Of a stretch of DNA of 64,000 nucleotides, positions 24,831-37,024 are shown piece after piece. A model generated the notes under the pieces. It was not told the origin of the DNA. It ran no database searches and saw only the letters and a list, made by a program, of their open reading frames with translations. The translations under genes were made by a program, and so were the position numbers. The stretch's first letter is position 1. Each line of letters opens with the position of its first letter. Origin of the DNA: an uncultured virus (IMG/VR IMGVR_UViG_3300042336_000257) (lineage: Duplodnaviria; Heunggongvirae; Uroviricota; Caudoviricetes); IMG/VR virus record IMGVR_UViG_3300042336_000257, positions 1-64,000 of that record. One strand, given 5' to 3'.

Positions 24831-25532
24831 TTACTCCTTAATCCAGAAACCATCAGCAGTCATAGTCCATCCAGAAGCAACCATTTCATCATAAGTCATT
24901 GGTACTTTTTTAATAAGATAAGAACCATCACCTTGATCCACCCATTCTACTTGATCACCTTCTTTCAGATTTGCTGCTTCTAGCAAATCATCAGGAAATG
25001 ATACGCAGTATATATATTCATCAGTATCTTCATCTCTGACTTCTTCAACTGGAAGAACCCACTTTTTTACTTTATCTTCTTTTGCACCTGGAGTCCATTC
25101 ATATCCACCTTCTTTACGAATTTCCTCTATTTCTTTTTGAAGACTTGTATTTGATTTTTTATGTTCTTCTGGATAATAGTTCTCTTCCCAGAAATCATTC
25201 CAAGATTTTTGACACTCTGGTGATGGGTCATCTTTATCACAACTCAGAGGTTCTTTATTATTTACAATGGCATACTCTAGGTCACTATGACCCCAAGGAC
25301 GCATACCATCATCCACACTTTCATCCTTCACTGGACGATGACCACTCAACAGTTCTAGAAGACCATAAGCACGACTAGCATGATCTTTGTAATAGTAATA
25401 ATCTTCACGAACTGCTTCACGAATCGCAGAATAAATTTCGTGAGGTGATGCTTCTCCAGAACTTAAAGCATCATGCACCCACTCTTGAAGTTTTTCAAGA
25501 GAATACTTTTTGTAATCAAGATTGGAAGTCAT
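24831..25532 (-). CDS. hypothetical protein with AbrB/MazE-like C-terminal domain
   Basis: VSFPDDLLEAANLKEGDQVEWVDQGDGSYLIKK. Confidence 0.6.
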   Translation of the reverse strand: MTSNLDYKKYSLEKLQEWVHDALSSGEASPHEIYSAIREAVREDYYYYKDHASRAYGLLELLSGHRPVKDESVDDGMRPWGHSDLEYAIVNNKEPLSCDKDDPSPECQKSWNDFWEENYYPEEHKKSNTSLQKEIEEIRKEGGYEWTPGAKEDKVKKWVLPVEEVRDEDTDEYIYCVSFPDDLLEAANLKEGDQVEWVDQGDGSYLIKKVPMTYDEMVASGWTMTADGFWIKE

Positions 25533-26582
25533 TGAGGAAATCTTGGATCGCTTGCTCCATAATAACCTGAATTTCAGCAGAAGTCAAGCCATTCAACCAC
25601 TTCCAATTTGGGTCTTCTTTGTCCCAATCCATTGAGAATGACCCATCTTCATTTTGTGTTATCTTAAGGCTATCAGCACTCATCACAGTCAGTTTCCTTA
25701 TGCTTTTTACGAATTTTTTTAAGTTGCTTAAGTTCTTCCTTAATCATTTTATATGCTTCTTCACTTCCAATTTTATCACCAATTTCAAGGGCAACAATAA
25801 TATCTACTCGGGTTCCAAAGTGTGCGAGTGCTTTTTCAAAACAATCTAAATCATACATCGTAATTAATCCCACAACGTTCGGCAATAATATCTATACGGG
25901 CATCCAAGGAGTTTTCCATACGATAAAGTTCGTTAGTTGTTTCTACATTTTCTTCCTCAAGACGTTTTACATCGAGAATCAGAGCATTATATTTCTCTTC
26001 CAACTCAACTAACCTATCATAAAGGTCAAAATCCTCAAAAAATTCTTGTTTTACGGAAGGAGAAAAAAACCAATCAATAAATTTTCTAATTATCATGATA
26101 CACCTATAGATTTTAAATAATTACTAAATGCTTTATATCTTTGCCAATGTGGCTGACCAGGAACTTTTAGTTGATGGCAGATTTCACAATAACAGAGCCA
26201 ATCATACCAAGGAGTTGTAGGATCTAATACGTGATAAGGATAATCAGAGTTTTCCACCTACTTCGCCTTCATAAGTTCTGGACGTAGAGAAACCTTCCTG
26301 CCGTCCTTTAAGAATAAAACGGGTCGCTGATATACATTGGTCTTCAGTAAGAGATGTGACCAATCCTTTACCATCTTTGTCGGTAGAATCCCAGAGTCCA
26401 TATCGTTTTTGTTCAATGTAGAAGGCATCATCAATTAGTTTCTTTTCCATTCTTCAACTCAGGATGGGGGGCATAAAGAGGACCATCATAGTCCTTATGA
26501 ACTTCTTTAAGTGCTTGAATCACTTCTGGAGTTTCTTCCCAACTCCATTCGTTTCCATTTTTGTCAGTGAAAGTGCGTGTTG

Positions 26583-27617
26583 TCATAGTGTAATCCAACG
26601 TTGGTTTTTAAGAGTCCATTGAGTTACCTCTGCAATTCTTTCTTTTACAGATTTTGCAGGAACCCATCCAAGATTTTTCATTTTATCACCATCCAAAGCA
26701 TAACGCAAGTCATGCCCAGGGCGTGAAGAATGGAAGTCAATTAATTCGTAGTTTAATTCTTTTCCTTGGGCTTCGGCAATGATTTGTGCCAACTCCAGGT
26801 TGTTGAGTTCTTCCGCTCCAACAATGTTAAACTTAGGGCATTTAGCACCACCCCAAGTAGGTTCGAACTTACCCTCATAATTTAAAAGAAATAGAATTGC
26901 AGAGGAGACATCTTCTGCATGTATGTAGTGACGAGACCCAGGAATTGTGCAGGTTTTGTCACTATGAATTGTTACTGTTTCTCCATCCCTAATCTTCTTA
27001 ATGCACATTGGAATGTATTTCTCTGGGTGCTGACGCTCACCAAACACATTCATTGTGTGAGTAATGTAAATGGGAAGACCATAGGTGTTCTCATATGCTA
27101 CGGCAAGTTCTTCGCCACCTGCTTTTGATGCACTATAAGGATTGGTTGAATTGTATCGGTCATTCTCTTTATATTTGATTCCATCTGGAGCAGGACCAAA
27201 TACTTCATCTGTGCTGAAATACACAAACCTTTCAAGGTTACCCTTTTGTGCTCGCGCAAACTCTAGAATGTTACAAGTTCCAACTACATTATCAAGGACA
27301 AACTCCATAGGATACTCGATACTACGATCGACATGAGACCCAGCAGCAAGATGGAGAATGTAATCAACAGAGCCAATTTCACTACGAACAAGAGGATTAA
27401 GTTCTGCCTTCAAATCATGATGAACAACTTTCACACGTGTGCGAGTTTCAGCGTCAAAAGAAAGCATCAAGTCATGAAGACGATTTAAGTTTCCACTATA
27501 ATCCAGTCTATCAAGGGTGACAACTTCCCAATTAGTTTCTCTAAGAATTTGCCCAATCATATGATGGGCAATGAACCCTGCACCACCAGTAATAAGAACT
27601 CTTTTAGTCATAATCAC
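26583..27617 (-). CDS. NDP-sugar 4,6-dehydratase (RmlB/RfbB-like)
   Basis: LITGGAGFI, HLAAGSHVDRSI, FSTDEVFG, YSASKA, RPGHDLRYALD. Confidence 0.9.
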   Translation of the reverse strand: MIMTKRVLITGGAGFIAHHMIGQILRETNWEVVTLDRLDYSGNLNRLHDLMLSFDAETRTRVKVVHHDLKAELNPLVRSEIGSVDYILHLAAGSHVDRSIEYPMEFVLDNVVGTCNILEFARAQKGNLERFVYFSTDEVFGPAPDGIKYKENDRYNSTNPYSASKAGGEELAVAYENTYGLPIYITHTMNVFGERQHPEKYIPMCIKKIRDGETVTIHSDKTCTIPGSRHYIHAEDVSSAILFLLNYEGKFEPTWGGAKCPKFNIVGAEELNNLELAQIIAEAQGKELNYELIDFHSSRPGHDLRYALDGDKMKNLGWVPAKSVKERIAEVTQWTLKNQRWITL

Positions 27618-27842
27618 TCTTCAAATTTGTAACTTAATTTAATGTCTTTCTTTTTCAGTTTGTAGCGATCAATGTGCTTTTGTCGATGACTCTCAGACTC
27701 AAAATAGCACTTGCGAGTTTCATTCCCGTCTTTATACACCAACTTCCAAGGAAATTGATCAAAAGGAAATTCTTCAGCGTAATCCATCAGGTAGGTTGCT
27801 CAACATAATCAGTATAAGGCAGACTTCACTAGAAGTCAAGAG

Positions 27843-28316
27843 TCATTCACCAAGTGTATGAATGACTGGTTTTTCGTGGGCAAGAATGTGATAAAGGTCG
27901 GGGTTCTTTGCTGCTGATACAGGAACAAATTCGGTCTCAGGGTGAAACTCGTCATCACGGATTGCTTGGTTGATGACGATAGACCCATCAGCACCTGAAT
28001 ATGAACGATGGAAGGTCATCTTAGGAATCACAAGAGCACCAGAAGAACGATTGAGATGAACGATATGGTATGGATATCTCCACTCAGGATTCACCAGTTC
28101 AAATGTGCGAAGACCAGACAGAACACGATTGTGATCTATCTGATGATAGTGAATATAAAATTGTTTTGCTCCCACAATATCATCGGGTGGAGAGATTGCA
28201 GGCCCAGTGTGACACACAAGGTCTTGTGCGTTAGAACCATCTACAGAGATATCGTAGAAGACAACTGCTTCAGTCTCACGGAATACTCTGTGTTTCTTAA
28301 AAGTTACTTCGCTCAT
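27843..28316 (-). CDS. cupin-fold protein
   Basis: FYIHYHQIDH..G.R.FEL..LVIP..FHRS. Confidence 0.6.
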   Translation of the reverse strand: MSEVTFKKHRVFRETEAVVFYDISVDGSNAQDLVCHTGPAISPPDDIVGAKQFYIHYHQIDHNRVLSGLRTFELVNPEWRYPYHIVHLNRSSGALVIPKMTFHRSYSGADGSIVINQAIRDDEFHPETEFVPVSAAKNPDLYHILAHEKPVIHTLGE

Positions 28317-29545
28317 TAGTCGTAGGTGTTTTGCTCCTGATTCAATCTATCTATGTGATGATAAATGGTTGCTTGTGAATATTGAAATTCCTTAAACCTT
28401 TGTGGTTTATTCTTTTGCATCTTAGTAAGCATGTTGATCCATTGATAGCGATTATCAACCACCCAACCATAACGACGCTCATCGTGCATCAAATCAAAAA
28501 TAGAAATCATTTGAACCCCTTGCTTTTCTTTTTATCTAATACTTCAATGTGACTTAAAAAGTTTCCACCACGTTGAAACCAGAAGACTTGAACGTCTTCA
28601 TAGTTATCAAACACAGACTCTTTACCATCTTCAAACACTAACTTATAATCGTGACGAATGTAAGGTTCATCCGATGTTTGTTTGAATACTTTAAGTTCGG
28701 TCATTTTTCATAATAATCAATTTACCAGCAAGCATTCCATAAAACAATTCACACATCTTGTCTTCACAAGACTTCATCTTTTCTTTGGAGAGAACAATGA
28801 GAGCGTTGAGTTCTTCTTCGTTTAAGTTCCAATCGGTTAGGTTGTGTTCGGTGACTTTCATTTTACAATAAATTAGGGCATTTAGTAGCAACAATAGATA
28901 AAGCGGTAACTTCAATCATAGAAGATTGATTAATAACTCTTCGCACATTTGACCCACCAAACTTATCATTTGCTTTGGAATATGAAAGTAAAACGGAACG
29001 TAGTGAATCTATGCCTTTCATACGATAAGTACAAAAGTCAGCGGCAACAAAGTTTAGAAGTCCTATTAAAGTCAGTTCAGCCATAGCATAAAGATTTGGT
29101 TATTCTGAGTCAAATTTATTCCACTTTGCTATTCTAAGGCACATCAGCAAAGTTTGATGTTCGCGGTCATACAATTCCCAATCTTGTTTGAGTTTTGCAG
29201 CATATCGACGACGATATGCACAGCACCAGACATTATAGAATATCCTATCTTTTTCAGTTAAAGACATATCTGTTCCCCATACACCCAACCAGCATCGGTT
29301 TTAATAAGTTCCCAATAAGAATCCCCATCAAGTCTCCTAAAGAGATAACGTGTTCCATCCTCACGCTCACACATAAAGTCACACTTGTGCGGAGAATACA
29401 AACGAACCTCAAGTACTTTGTCGTTTTTGTTGAGCATAGGTAATTACATACTTTTTGTGTTCGGTATGAAGGTCGGAACAAATATAGTGTTCCAACTTTC
29501 CACCAAGTTCTTCTGCGATTTTTTCTAATTGCTTTTCAATTTCAG

Positions 29546-29914
29546 TCATTGTTCATCATCCCATGGTGCTTTACGATTCATAAGTTCTTTAATTCTTTCC
29601 ACCACAGCAGGATCTTGTGGTTCATTGATTCGTCGCACAAGTTCATCATATGCTTCTGCGGATACAATAATCCTTTCTGGTTCTTGTCCCAATCTCAACC
29701 TACGTTCTGGACTGATGGTTATATTGTAAGGGTCATCATAAGGATAGATGTATTCCTGAAACCAACCAATACTCAAACTCTCCCAGAACTCACCATATCC
29801 CCATTCATCACCGTCATCATAACAGTCAAGAATATACAGGACATTACGAAATCCATCAAGGAAGATTTCCCATTTTGTTGGGTTTTCAAATCTCACGGCG
29901 TTTCGTCGCTCCAA
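29546..29914 (-). CDS. hypothetical protein with DUF1778-like C-terminus
   Basis: IIVSAEAYDELVRRINEP..IKELMNRKAPWD. Confidence 0.5.
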   Translation of the reverse strand: MERRNAVRFENPTKWEIFLDGFRNVLYILDCYDDGDEWGYGEFWESLSIGWFQEYIYPYDDPYNITISPERRLRLGQEPERIIVSAEAYDELVRRINEPQDPAVVERIKELMNRKAPWDDEQ

Positions 29915-30911
29915 TAATAACGTAGTTTATCACCATCTGCGTGAATATTCAAGTGGTAAATCTTCTTGTCTTGTGTGTAAATGCCCACCCATAGACTCCG
30001 TTCGTTCATACTTTCCAGGTGAAACATTTCCACCTCTTCCAGTACAATTTCGTCTGGGTTTTCTTCCCACCTTACTAGTTTAGTCATAAGTCTCTAATGT
30101 ATCCATAGTTCAGATAGTCCCAAAACATATTGTGATAATCTTCAAAGTCCCATTCAAGGTCAGTTCCATCATAACTCACAAGGTCCGTCCAAGTTTGATA
30201 TGCCCACCTCCACATCAATCTTCTCAACCAGAATTGTTTGATATTGTATGTAAGGTTCATTCTCTCAAACTATCCAACACTTGAAGAATAAAAGCAATCG
30301 AGTTAGCATACTCTCGTCCATCTTGCCCACCCATTACAATATAAGCAATCTCTTTTTCGGCAAGTTCAATTCTCTCATTTCTGGTGAGTTCTTTGAGTTC
30401 AGGACGATACCAATTACCATCAGCATCTTGTTTGAAACCAGCATTCAGTTTTTCACGACGCTCTGCTTCTTCAAACATTTCATCGGGGTATGGTTCGCAA
30501 TCCATTGTTTTTTCTATTTCAAGTTTAATTTCAGGTGCTTTGGTTCCAAGAGTAAGAGTTTCAAGGGTTGGAGAAGGCATACGGGATGTTTCTTTACCGT
30601 TTGTATAGAAGATTAAGTCCTTGTTCATAAGTTTCCTCAGTTTCTCTTTGCCGTATTCAGTGAGTTCGTGTTTTTTGTTGCGGAGTTCTTCTACTTCTTC
30701 TTGGGTGAGATTGACCCAAGGCATATCATTGTTCATTGTTCCCAAGCATAAGATTTCAGAAGTTCGTTGTCCTTCTCCAGTTGCTCTATTCTATCACACA
30801 ACTCGGTGATAATACAAATCAAAGAAGGATAGCAAATAGTTTCAGTATCATTCCCATCCTCCATATCAATATAGCGGTGATGGCAAAGTTCTTTGGCAAA
30901 GTTGCGTTCAG

Positions 30912-31511
30912 TCATCGTAGCATCCCCTTGATTTTACGCAAACAATCATTAAATCCATCAACAAGCAATTCAGTATCTACATTTTGACTTCCTGCTGCTG
31001 ATTGTTCTTTCGGCAACCAACTCTCCACCAAATCTACAATATCATTACAGGCATCAAAATCATAACCAAGTTCATCCACCAATCTATTAAAAAGCTTTTG
31101 TGCTTGGTATTTTTTAATTAACCTATTCACAACCTCATCCATCGGTTTTGGATTATCTTTCTCATCCCAATATGCTCTCACATTCCTATAAGGTTCATCA
31201 ACTACATCATCATACTTCCCCTTCTTTACATCGTTGAACCATACACCTTCAAGAAGACGATGAGTTTCACCATCACTAATATTAACCATCAGCATACCAT
31301 CAACAGTATGCTTTCTCTTATACCAAGTATGACTCTTATCATTAAATTCATAACGATAATAATTCTCACCATTATAAGAGACAATCTCAAACTTTCCACC
31401 AAGTTCAAAGTTCATTCTTGGTTGAGATTTATGGTTCTCAATCTCTTTGAGGAGTTCAAGTTTCTTTTGAAGCACTTTGATTTCTGCTTTTACTTTTTCA
31501 ATTTCAGTCAT
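30912..31511 (-). CDS. hypothetical protein
   Basis: ORF track; C-terminus paralogous to 32176..32340. Confidence 0.6.
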   Translation of the reverse strand: MTEIEKVKAEIKVLQKKLELLKEIENHKSQPRMNFELGGKFEIVSYNGENYYRYEFNDKSHTWYKRKHTVDGMLMVNISDGETHRLLEGVWFNDVKKGKYDDVVDEPYRNVRAYWDEKDNPKPMDEVVNRLIKKYQAQKLFNRLVDELGYDFDACNDIVDLVESWLPKEQSAAGSQNVDTELLVDGFNDCLRKIKGMLR

Positions 31512-31637
31512 TTTTCTTATAAAACTCTATTTTGAGTTGAGTAATGAGTAAATCAACTTTATCTTCAATACGAGTAAGTCGTTCCTCAATCGTATCTATA
31601 CGATACTCATCAATTGCTTCTTTTTTTATTTCGTAAA

Positions 31638-32096
31638 TCATAGTTTTATAAAGTGAAATTCACCATCTTGTTTTGTTTTACCCCAGAGAAATTCATTTGA
31701 ATCTATATCATATCCAGCATCTCTGGAATAGTAATTAATACCATCAAACTTCAAAAATGTGGAGACATAAGCATTTCTCTTGGGTATGATACAATTATCA
31801 TTTATACCAATCCAAGAGTTATTTACATACTCAAAAACAATCTCACAAGATTTGGTATTTGTAAGATTATTATAAGGTGTCATAATAACATTCTCACCAG
31901 ACACGGATAATTCCAATGTTGTTGCCCGATAAGGTTTTTCTTCCCCATCAATATCATACCAACTCTTTGAGTATAACATTCCGTCAGGAAGTTCTTCAAA
32001 TTTAATATGAATATGTGCCCAAAGTGATGGACTGTTAAATGCTTGCTGTTGGTTAGAATAATTACCAATCAATTTTACTTTGAAATCTTCAATCAT
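31638..32096 (-). CDS. cpeT: T-type phycobilin lyase (CpeT/CpcT-like)
   Basis: G.YSNQQQAF..P..WAHI..SKSWY..PYR..YYSRD.GYD..WG..G.F.F. Confidence 0.8.
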   Translation of the reverse strand: MIEDFKVKLIGNYSNQQQAFNSPSLWAHIHIKFEELPDGMLYSKSWYDIDGEEKPYRATTLELSVSGENVIMTPYNNLTNTKSCEIVFEYVNNSWIGINDNCIIPKRNAYVSTFLKFDGINYYSRDAGYDIDSNEFLWGKTKQDGEFHFIKL

Positions 32097-32175
32097 AAGG
32101 CATCCTCCTCCACAGGAAATAGGTTAGCATACTCTTCATCAGTCAGTGTGAGATTGACCCACGGCATATCATCGT

Positions 32176-32340
32176 TCATCGTAGTTTCTCCCGCATAAGT
32201 TTCAGACACTCGTTCCATTTATAAGAGTTAGTATCGTGTTCTTTCGGCAACCAACCTTCTACGGCATCCACAATCTCATCGGTGCAGTCAATACTATACC
32301 CCAAGTCATCCCGTATAATGTCCCAGAGTTTTCTAGTCAT
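32176..32340 (-). CDS. small hypothetical protein (54 aa)
   Basis: Manual translation MTRKLWDIIRDDLGYSIDCTDEIVDAVEGWLPKE... Confidence 0.55.
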   Translation of the reverse strand: MTRKLWDIIRDDLGYSIDCTDEIVDAVEGWLPKEHDTNSYKWNECLKLMREKLR

Positions 32341-33427
32341 TGGTCTTGGAGCATCTCCCAGTATTATAACCCGTCATATATGCGGAATGCAACCACTTGG
32401 TCATCAAATCCTTACGAGTATTCACATCTTCTACTTCGCAATCACCGAAAAAATATTCACTACGAAGTGAAAAACCACCATAAAGGTCGTGAAACCATTT
32501 CTGAAATGCGACTTCGGCAGTATCTTCCCATTCCCATTCTGATGTAGGATGTTCAGTCATTTCAGTTCCTCTTCATCTTGCTCAATCTGAAAGATAGCAT
32601 TTAGAAACTCCAGACCATACTTACCCACGACCCAGGCATCTTTATCCTCAAAGAACCGATCACCAATAGTCCACATATCATAATACTCTTTACCTTTATT
32701 GAAGAAGGCAATCACATAACAATACTCTTTGCCTTCACATTTATGCCACCTAACGAGTTCATACTTGTTGTTGACTTCGCACCAACGGAACTCTATGTTA
32801 CGAAACCTCATTCTTCTTCCTCTTCATAAGGGAACATTTCATCATACTCTTCATCAGTCAGAGTAAGATACTGAACATCAGCATTTTTGTGTTCTTCGGC
32901 ATACACCAACTGATAGTGAGCAAAACTGCTTTCAGAAGTGCTGGCGTATTCTAAAAGACCATCAACAAAGCATAGGTAGTTCATTAGAGCACCTCCCAAT
33001 CACATTCCCAGAAGTCGTTGATATTCACCCAGAAGAAGTATTTCTGGTTCTCTGATGCGAGAAACAGCATACCATCACCCTTATCCTGCTCCACAATACA
33101 GATAGGGTTGTTGTCCATCATATTCGCAAGGCGGTTCTTAGCCTTCTTGCTTTTGGGTCTGACTGTTACTCTTCTCATTTTGAATCTCCAGTTTCAGTTT
33201 GCGAATACCAGTAATAAAGTAAGCAAAGTCACGGGATTCAGTCACCCGTTTTTCTTCACCACATACACCACACTTACCATTCCAGACAGATGAACAACCG
33301 ACTGAATAGACACCATACTTTTGCCCACAATCCATACAGGTTGTGCCTGTCTGCTCAAGGCGTTTGAGTAGTGCCTTCTTCTCTTTGAGGGTCATAGGGG
33401 CGTTTCAGATATGAATATTATAAAGCA

Positions 33428-33871
33428 TCAGGAGGCGTCTTCAACGTCCTCTGTGCCAGTTTCGGAAGTGTCCTCGTCAGGCAACTCCTCATCTAAATCC
33501 ACACCGTCCAATACTTCATCTGACCATTCTTTTACTCTTTCCAACACTTCATCCATAGAATATGTTTCTACTTTACCAAGCTCAACGTCTTCTACCATTT
33601 GTAAAAGATATTCCAGAAACTCTTTGGGATAACATTCATCTTCACCAAGAGAAGACCAGAACCAATCTCTACATTCTTCTTCTGGATCTTCTACTGTTCT
33701 GGGGAGAGCATAGTTATCATAGTTGGAAGTCATCAGGTCAGCCCAGATGCGAAATGTGATTCGCATACTCTGCCATCCAGTCATCCAACAATGACCAATC
33801 CAATACTCCCACCAGTTCAAGGTGGTTTTCTTTTTATCAGTTCCTTTAAGTGCTTTACTAAACATCAGCAC
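33428..33871 (-). CDS. hypothetical protein
   Basis: ORF track; Trp-rich N-terminus, acidic C-terminus. Confidence 0.6.
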   Translation of the reverse strand: MLMFSKALKGTDKKKTTLNWWEYWIGHCWMTGWQSMRITFRIWADLMTSNYDNYALPRTVEDPEEECRDWFWSSLGEDECYPKEFLEYLLQMVEDVELGKVETYSMDEVLERVKEWSDEVLDGVDLDEELPDEDTSETGTEDVEDAS

Positions 33872-35226
33872 TCATCCATTCCAAGATATTCAGTTTCCTT
33901 TTCATCCACTTCTTTCATATAGTCCCAGTTCCAAGTCCTAGAAAGAACATCAATATCAAATCCAAACTTATATGCCCAGAACAGAATACCTAAAAGACCA
34001 TTGCTTCCCATTGTAATTTGAAGATAAGGTGAAGATGGGTAGTCATTCCAACTTACAGAAAACTGAAACAGAGACCACTGATACTTTTTGGGTCTGATGT
34101 TCAGGATCTGGACATATACTTCGTGTCCAAAGTCATAGCGATGCTTGAATTGAATTAGGTTCATTGTGTGAGTTCCTCTGCGAGTTGTAGCATGTCATTA
34201 ACATCCAAAACTGTTAGTCCCATTTGGGCATTATAAGCCTTTACAGACTGTGTTGCAAGAGAAAGAATTGCTGCAACTAATTTTTCTTCAGTATCAGCAC
34301 CAGAGTTTCGTGCTTCCCATATTGCATTCATAAATGCTTGTGCTCGATCCGTCATTTATAATCATCTCCGTATTCAATATTAGAGTCTGCGTTCATAAGT
34401 TCTACAGTAGTTTGATATCCCTGTGCTACTGTAACTTCGTGTTGAATCGCAATATCACGAAGTGCTTCTACATCATATTCATGAGCAGTAATCCAACTAA
34501 ATCCTTTACCAAAAGTATTATCAGGATTCACGATGTACCAGTGACAGGCAGTGTCGGGAACAAACACGGAACATTTAGTCCAGTCATTGTCCCACTGAGG
34601 AACCTGAACAAAAGAGAGTGCCGCAAAGATGAAACCAAGAAAACTAAAAATCATTGTTCCTTAACAACACAAGATGTAGTGCATTTAAGGTCACCAGAAG
34701 AACCAGAGACCGTAGATGTATGGTGTGGGGTCTTTTCTGGTGTAAGATTATAAGACACCAATAGACCTACAGCAAATCCAATAACGGGCAAACAAACGTG
34801 AAGTAAAAAAGAATTACGAGTCCGCATTAGTATCCTCAAAGTCAAACCATTCATAAAGAGAGTTCATCGCACCATCCACCACACAATCAACCACAGCATC
34901 TTCGTGTGGATTCTCTACGTGTTTATGAGCACGGTTGTATCCATAACGGACACCTTCTTCCAATGCCATTTCCAATACCTTACGGAAGTTGGGTTTCATA
35001 TCAATAAGGAAGAGATTTCAGACCATCCAGAACTTCCTGAAAGCGTTCAGCACGACTCTTGTGGTGCTCCACATTCTCCTCAAGCACACTCACAATATCG
35101 TCCAGGACAACATCCAGAGACGCATCGGTATCAAAGTATTGTTGGATTGCTTCGGCAAGATACCGCCGCCGACTCCATTCCATACTATAAGGTTTGTAGT
35201 CCATAATAATGGGTGTATATGGGTGT

Positions 35227-35255
35227 ATTATAGGGTATTTACTACGGGTTGTCAA
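35227..35255 (-). promoter_or_regulatory. consensus sigma70 promoter
   Basis: TTGACA-N17-TATAAT; GGGGGGA/TCCCCCC hairpin just upstream. Confidence 0.7.
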
Positions 35256-36125
35256 GACTAAAACGGGGGGATTTCTCCCCCCAATAACTCAATGTGAATG
35301 ATCTAACAAACTTCTACATATCCTTTTACACACTTGTTTTTCATCATCACATTCAATCAGACAATTAAAATAATCATTAACTAAATCCAATTCATCATTG
35401 CATCGATCTACAGTTTCTTCAAAATGGTTCCATTCAGCCAGTTGATTGTAAGAAATTAAGTTGTGCATAATAACCTCCATGCACAAAGAACATCATAATA
35501 ATGGAGTTTTCGCTCATTTGTATCACCTCTCATATTGTAACACTATCTAGACAAATTATGTTCAGATAATAACATTTCCGCAACAAAAATTTATGCCTAC
35601 GAGTTTATACTTACTCTTCTTCAAGTTCTGCCAGATAATCAATCCACCACTGAGGATCTTTTTGCATCTTCCAGTTGGGAACCTCTTTACCGTGCTCAAA
35701 ATACCATTTCCAGATTGCTTCGTCAATCACTTCAGCAATCTCAATCCTCTTCATTCTCACCATCAACGTCTCCATATGGGTTTTCCACATAGGGTCCGTG
35801 CTCTCGTTTGGAATCTTCTCGGACATAATTGACTTCTGATACGCTAGAGGACAACCAGACAGACACTTTCATTATAAGATATATAACCGCCAGTGGAAGA
35901 AAACAAAGTGAAAGTATTACAGCGTGTTTCATTCTTCTATCTCAAAACACTTTTCAAACTTATCCCTCAACTCATTAAGTTTCGTTTGCTCTTGAAACTC
36001 CATAATATGTGCATTGATTTCTTTTTCTGCTTCAGTGAATTCCATACGATACTTTTGTTTAATATCAATCAAGCGCACCATATCCATATAGTGCTCTGGA
36101 CTTTTATTAACAAACTCTTCGTAAG

Positions 36126-36443
36126 TCAATCCCGAGTCCTCCAATCGGTTTCGTCTTCATCACGTTTAAACCAATCATGCAGTTCATCTGGGCTGTCAAA
36201 ACCTCTTCTACCAAATCTTTCGTGCCCTAAACCACCAATATCCATTGAGTTTAGAAAATCATCCATTTCGTCCATATTAGGATTTTCTGCTTTACGTCTT
36301 GCCTGACGGAGCATTGTACCAGCAGAGCGATTTGCTTTCGCAAGTTTCTCTGCCCAAATCATATCTTCAAGACTCACTTCTTCGTGAAGGACAATCTTTT
36401 CACAGATTGCTTCTAACCGAAGACGATATTGTGTAGATAACAT
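36126..36443 (-). CDS. conserved cyanophage hypothetical protein
   Basis: MLSTQYRLRLE.IC..I....V.L.DMIWA.KL.K.N. Confidence 0.65.
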   Translation of the reverse strand: MLSTQYRLRLEAICEKIVLHEEVSLEDMIWAEKLAKANRSAGTMLRQARRKAENPNMDEMDDFLNSMDIGGLGHERFGRRGFDSPDELHDWFKRDEDETDWRTRD

Positions 36444-36463
36444 ATCTTTCTCCAGATATAGGG

Positions 36464-37024
36464 TTATTTAGATTCTGCTTGAATCAGATTGAATGCCAGG
36501 GCAACTCGCCTAACATCCGATCTATTTGGAAGGGTATGGTGGAGTAATGCTGATGGAAAAAATAGAATGGAGCCCTCAGTTACATTTTCTGGATTATATT
36601 CAACCATGCTACCATCAAATAAATCTGTAAAGGGAGCTATGAATCGAACTGGTGTATGTAGTTCTGGATTATATTCCAAATAACATACAGCAGCAAATCC
36701 TGAGTAATGATTATGTACAGGATGTGACATGTATTTTTCTTGGATTTGAAACCAAGACGAAGAAATTTTACACATTTCAACCTTAAAAGTTTCCATGAAA
36801 TAATATATCTCTTCGTTCAAAATTTCATGAACAGAGCGATTCAAGTTATTCATTTCATCGGAATTTTCATCCCGAATAGAACTATAAAAAGTGGTATGTA
36901 AATGAATTTGATTTTCAAAATTACTGGATTGTGTTTCCATCAAATCGAGTAATTTTTTCTTTTTACTTTCCCAATCATGTACCTTTAGATGAAGCAAAGG
37001 TACGTTAAACATACTAATTAGCAT
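36464..37024 (-). CDS. 2OG-Fe(II) oxygenase-like protein
   Basis: SSWFQ..HPVHNH..EGSILFFPSALLHHT.PN.S...R....FN. Confidence 0.8.
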   Translation of the reverse strand: MLISMFNVPLLHLKVHDWESKKKKLLDLMETQSSNFENQIHLHTTFYSSIRDENSDEMNNLNRSVHEILNEEIYYFMETFKVEMCKISSSWFQIQEKYMSHPVHNHYSGFAAVCYLEYNPELHTPVRFIAPFTDLFDGSMVEYNPENVTEGSILFFPSALLHHTLPNRSDVRRVALAFNLIQAESK

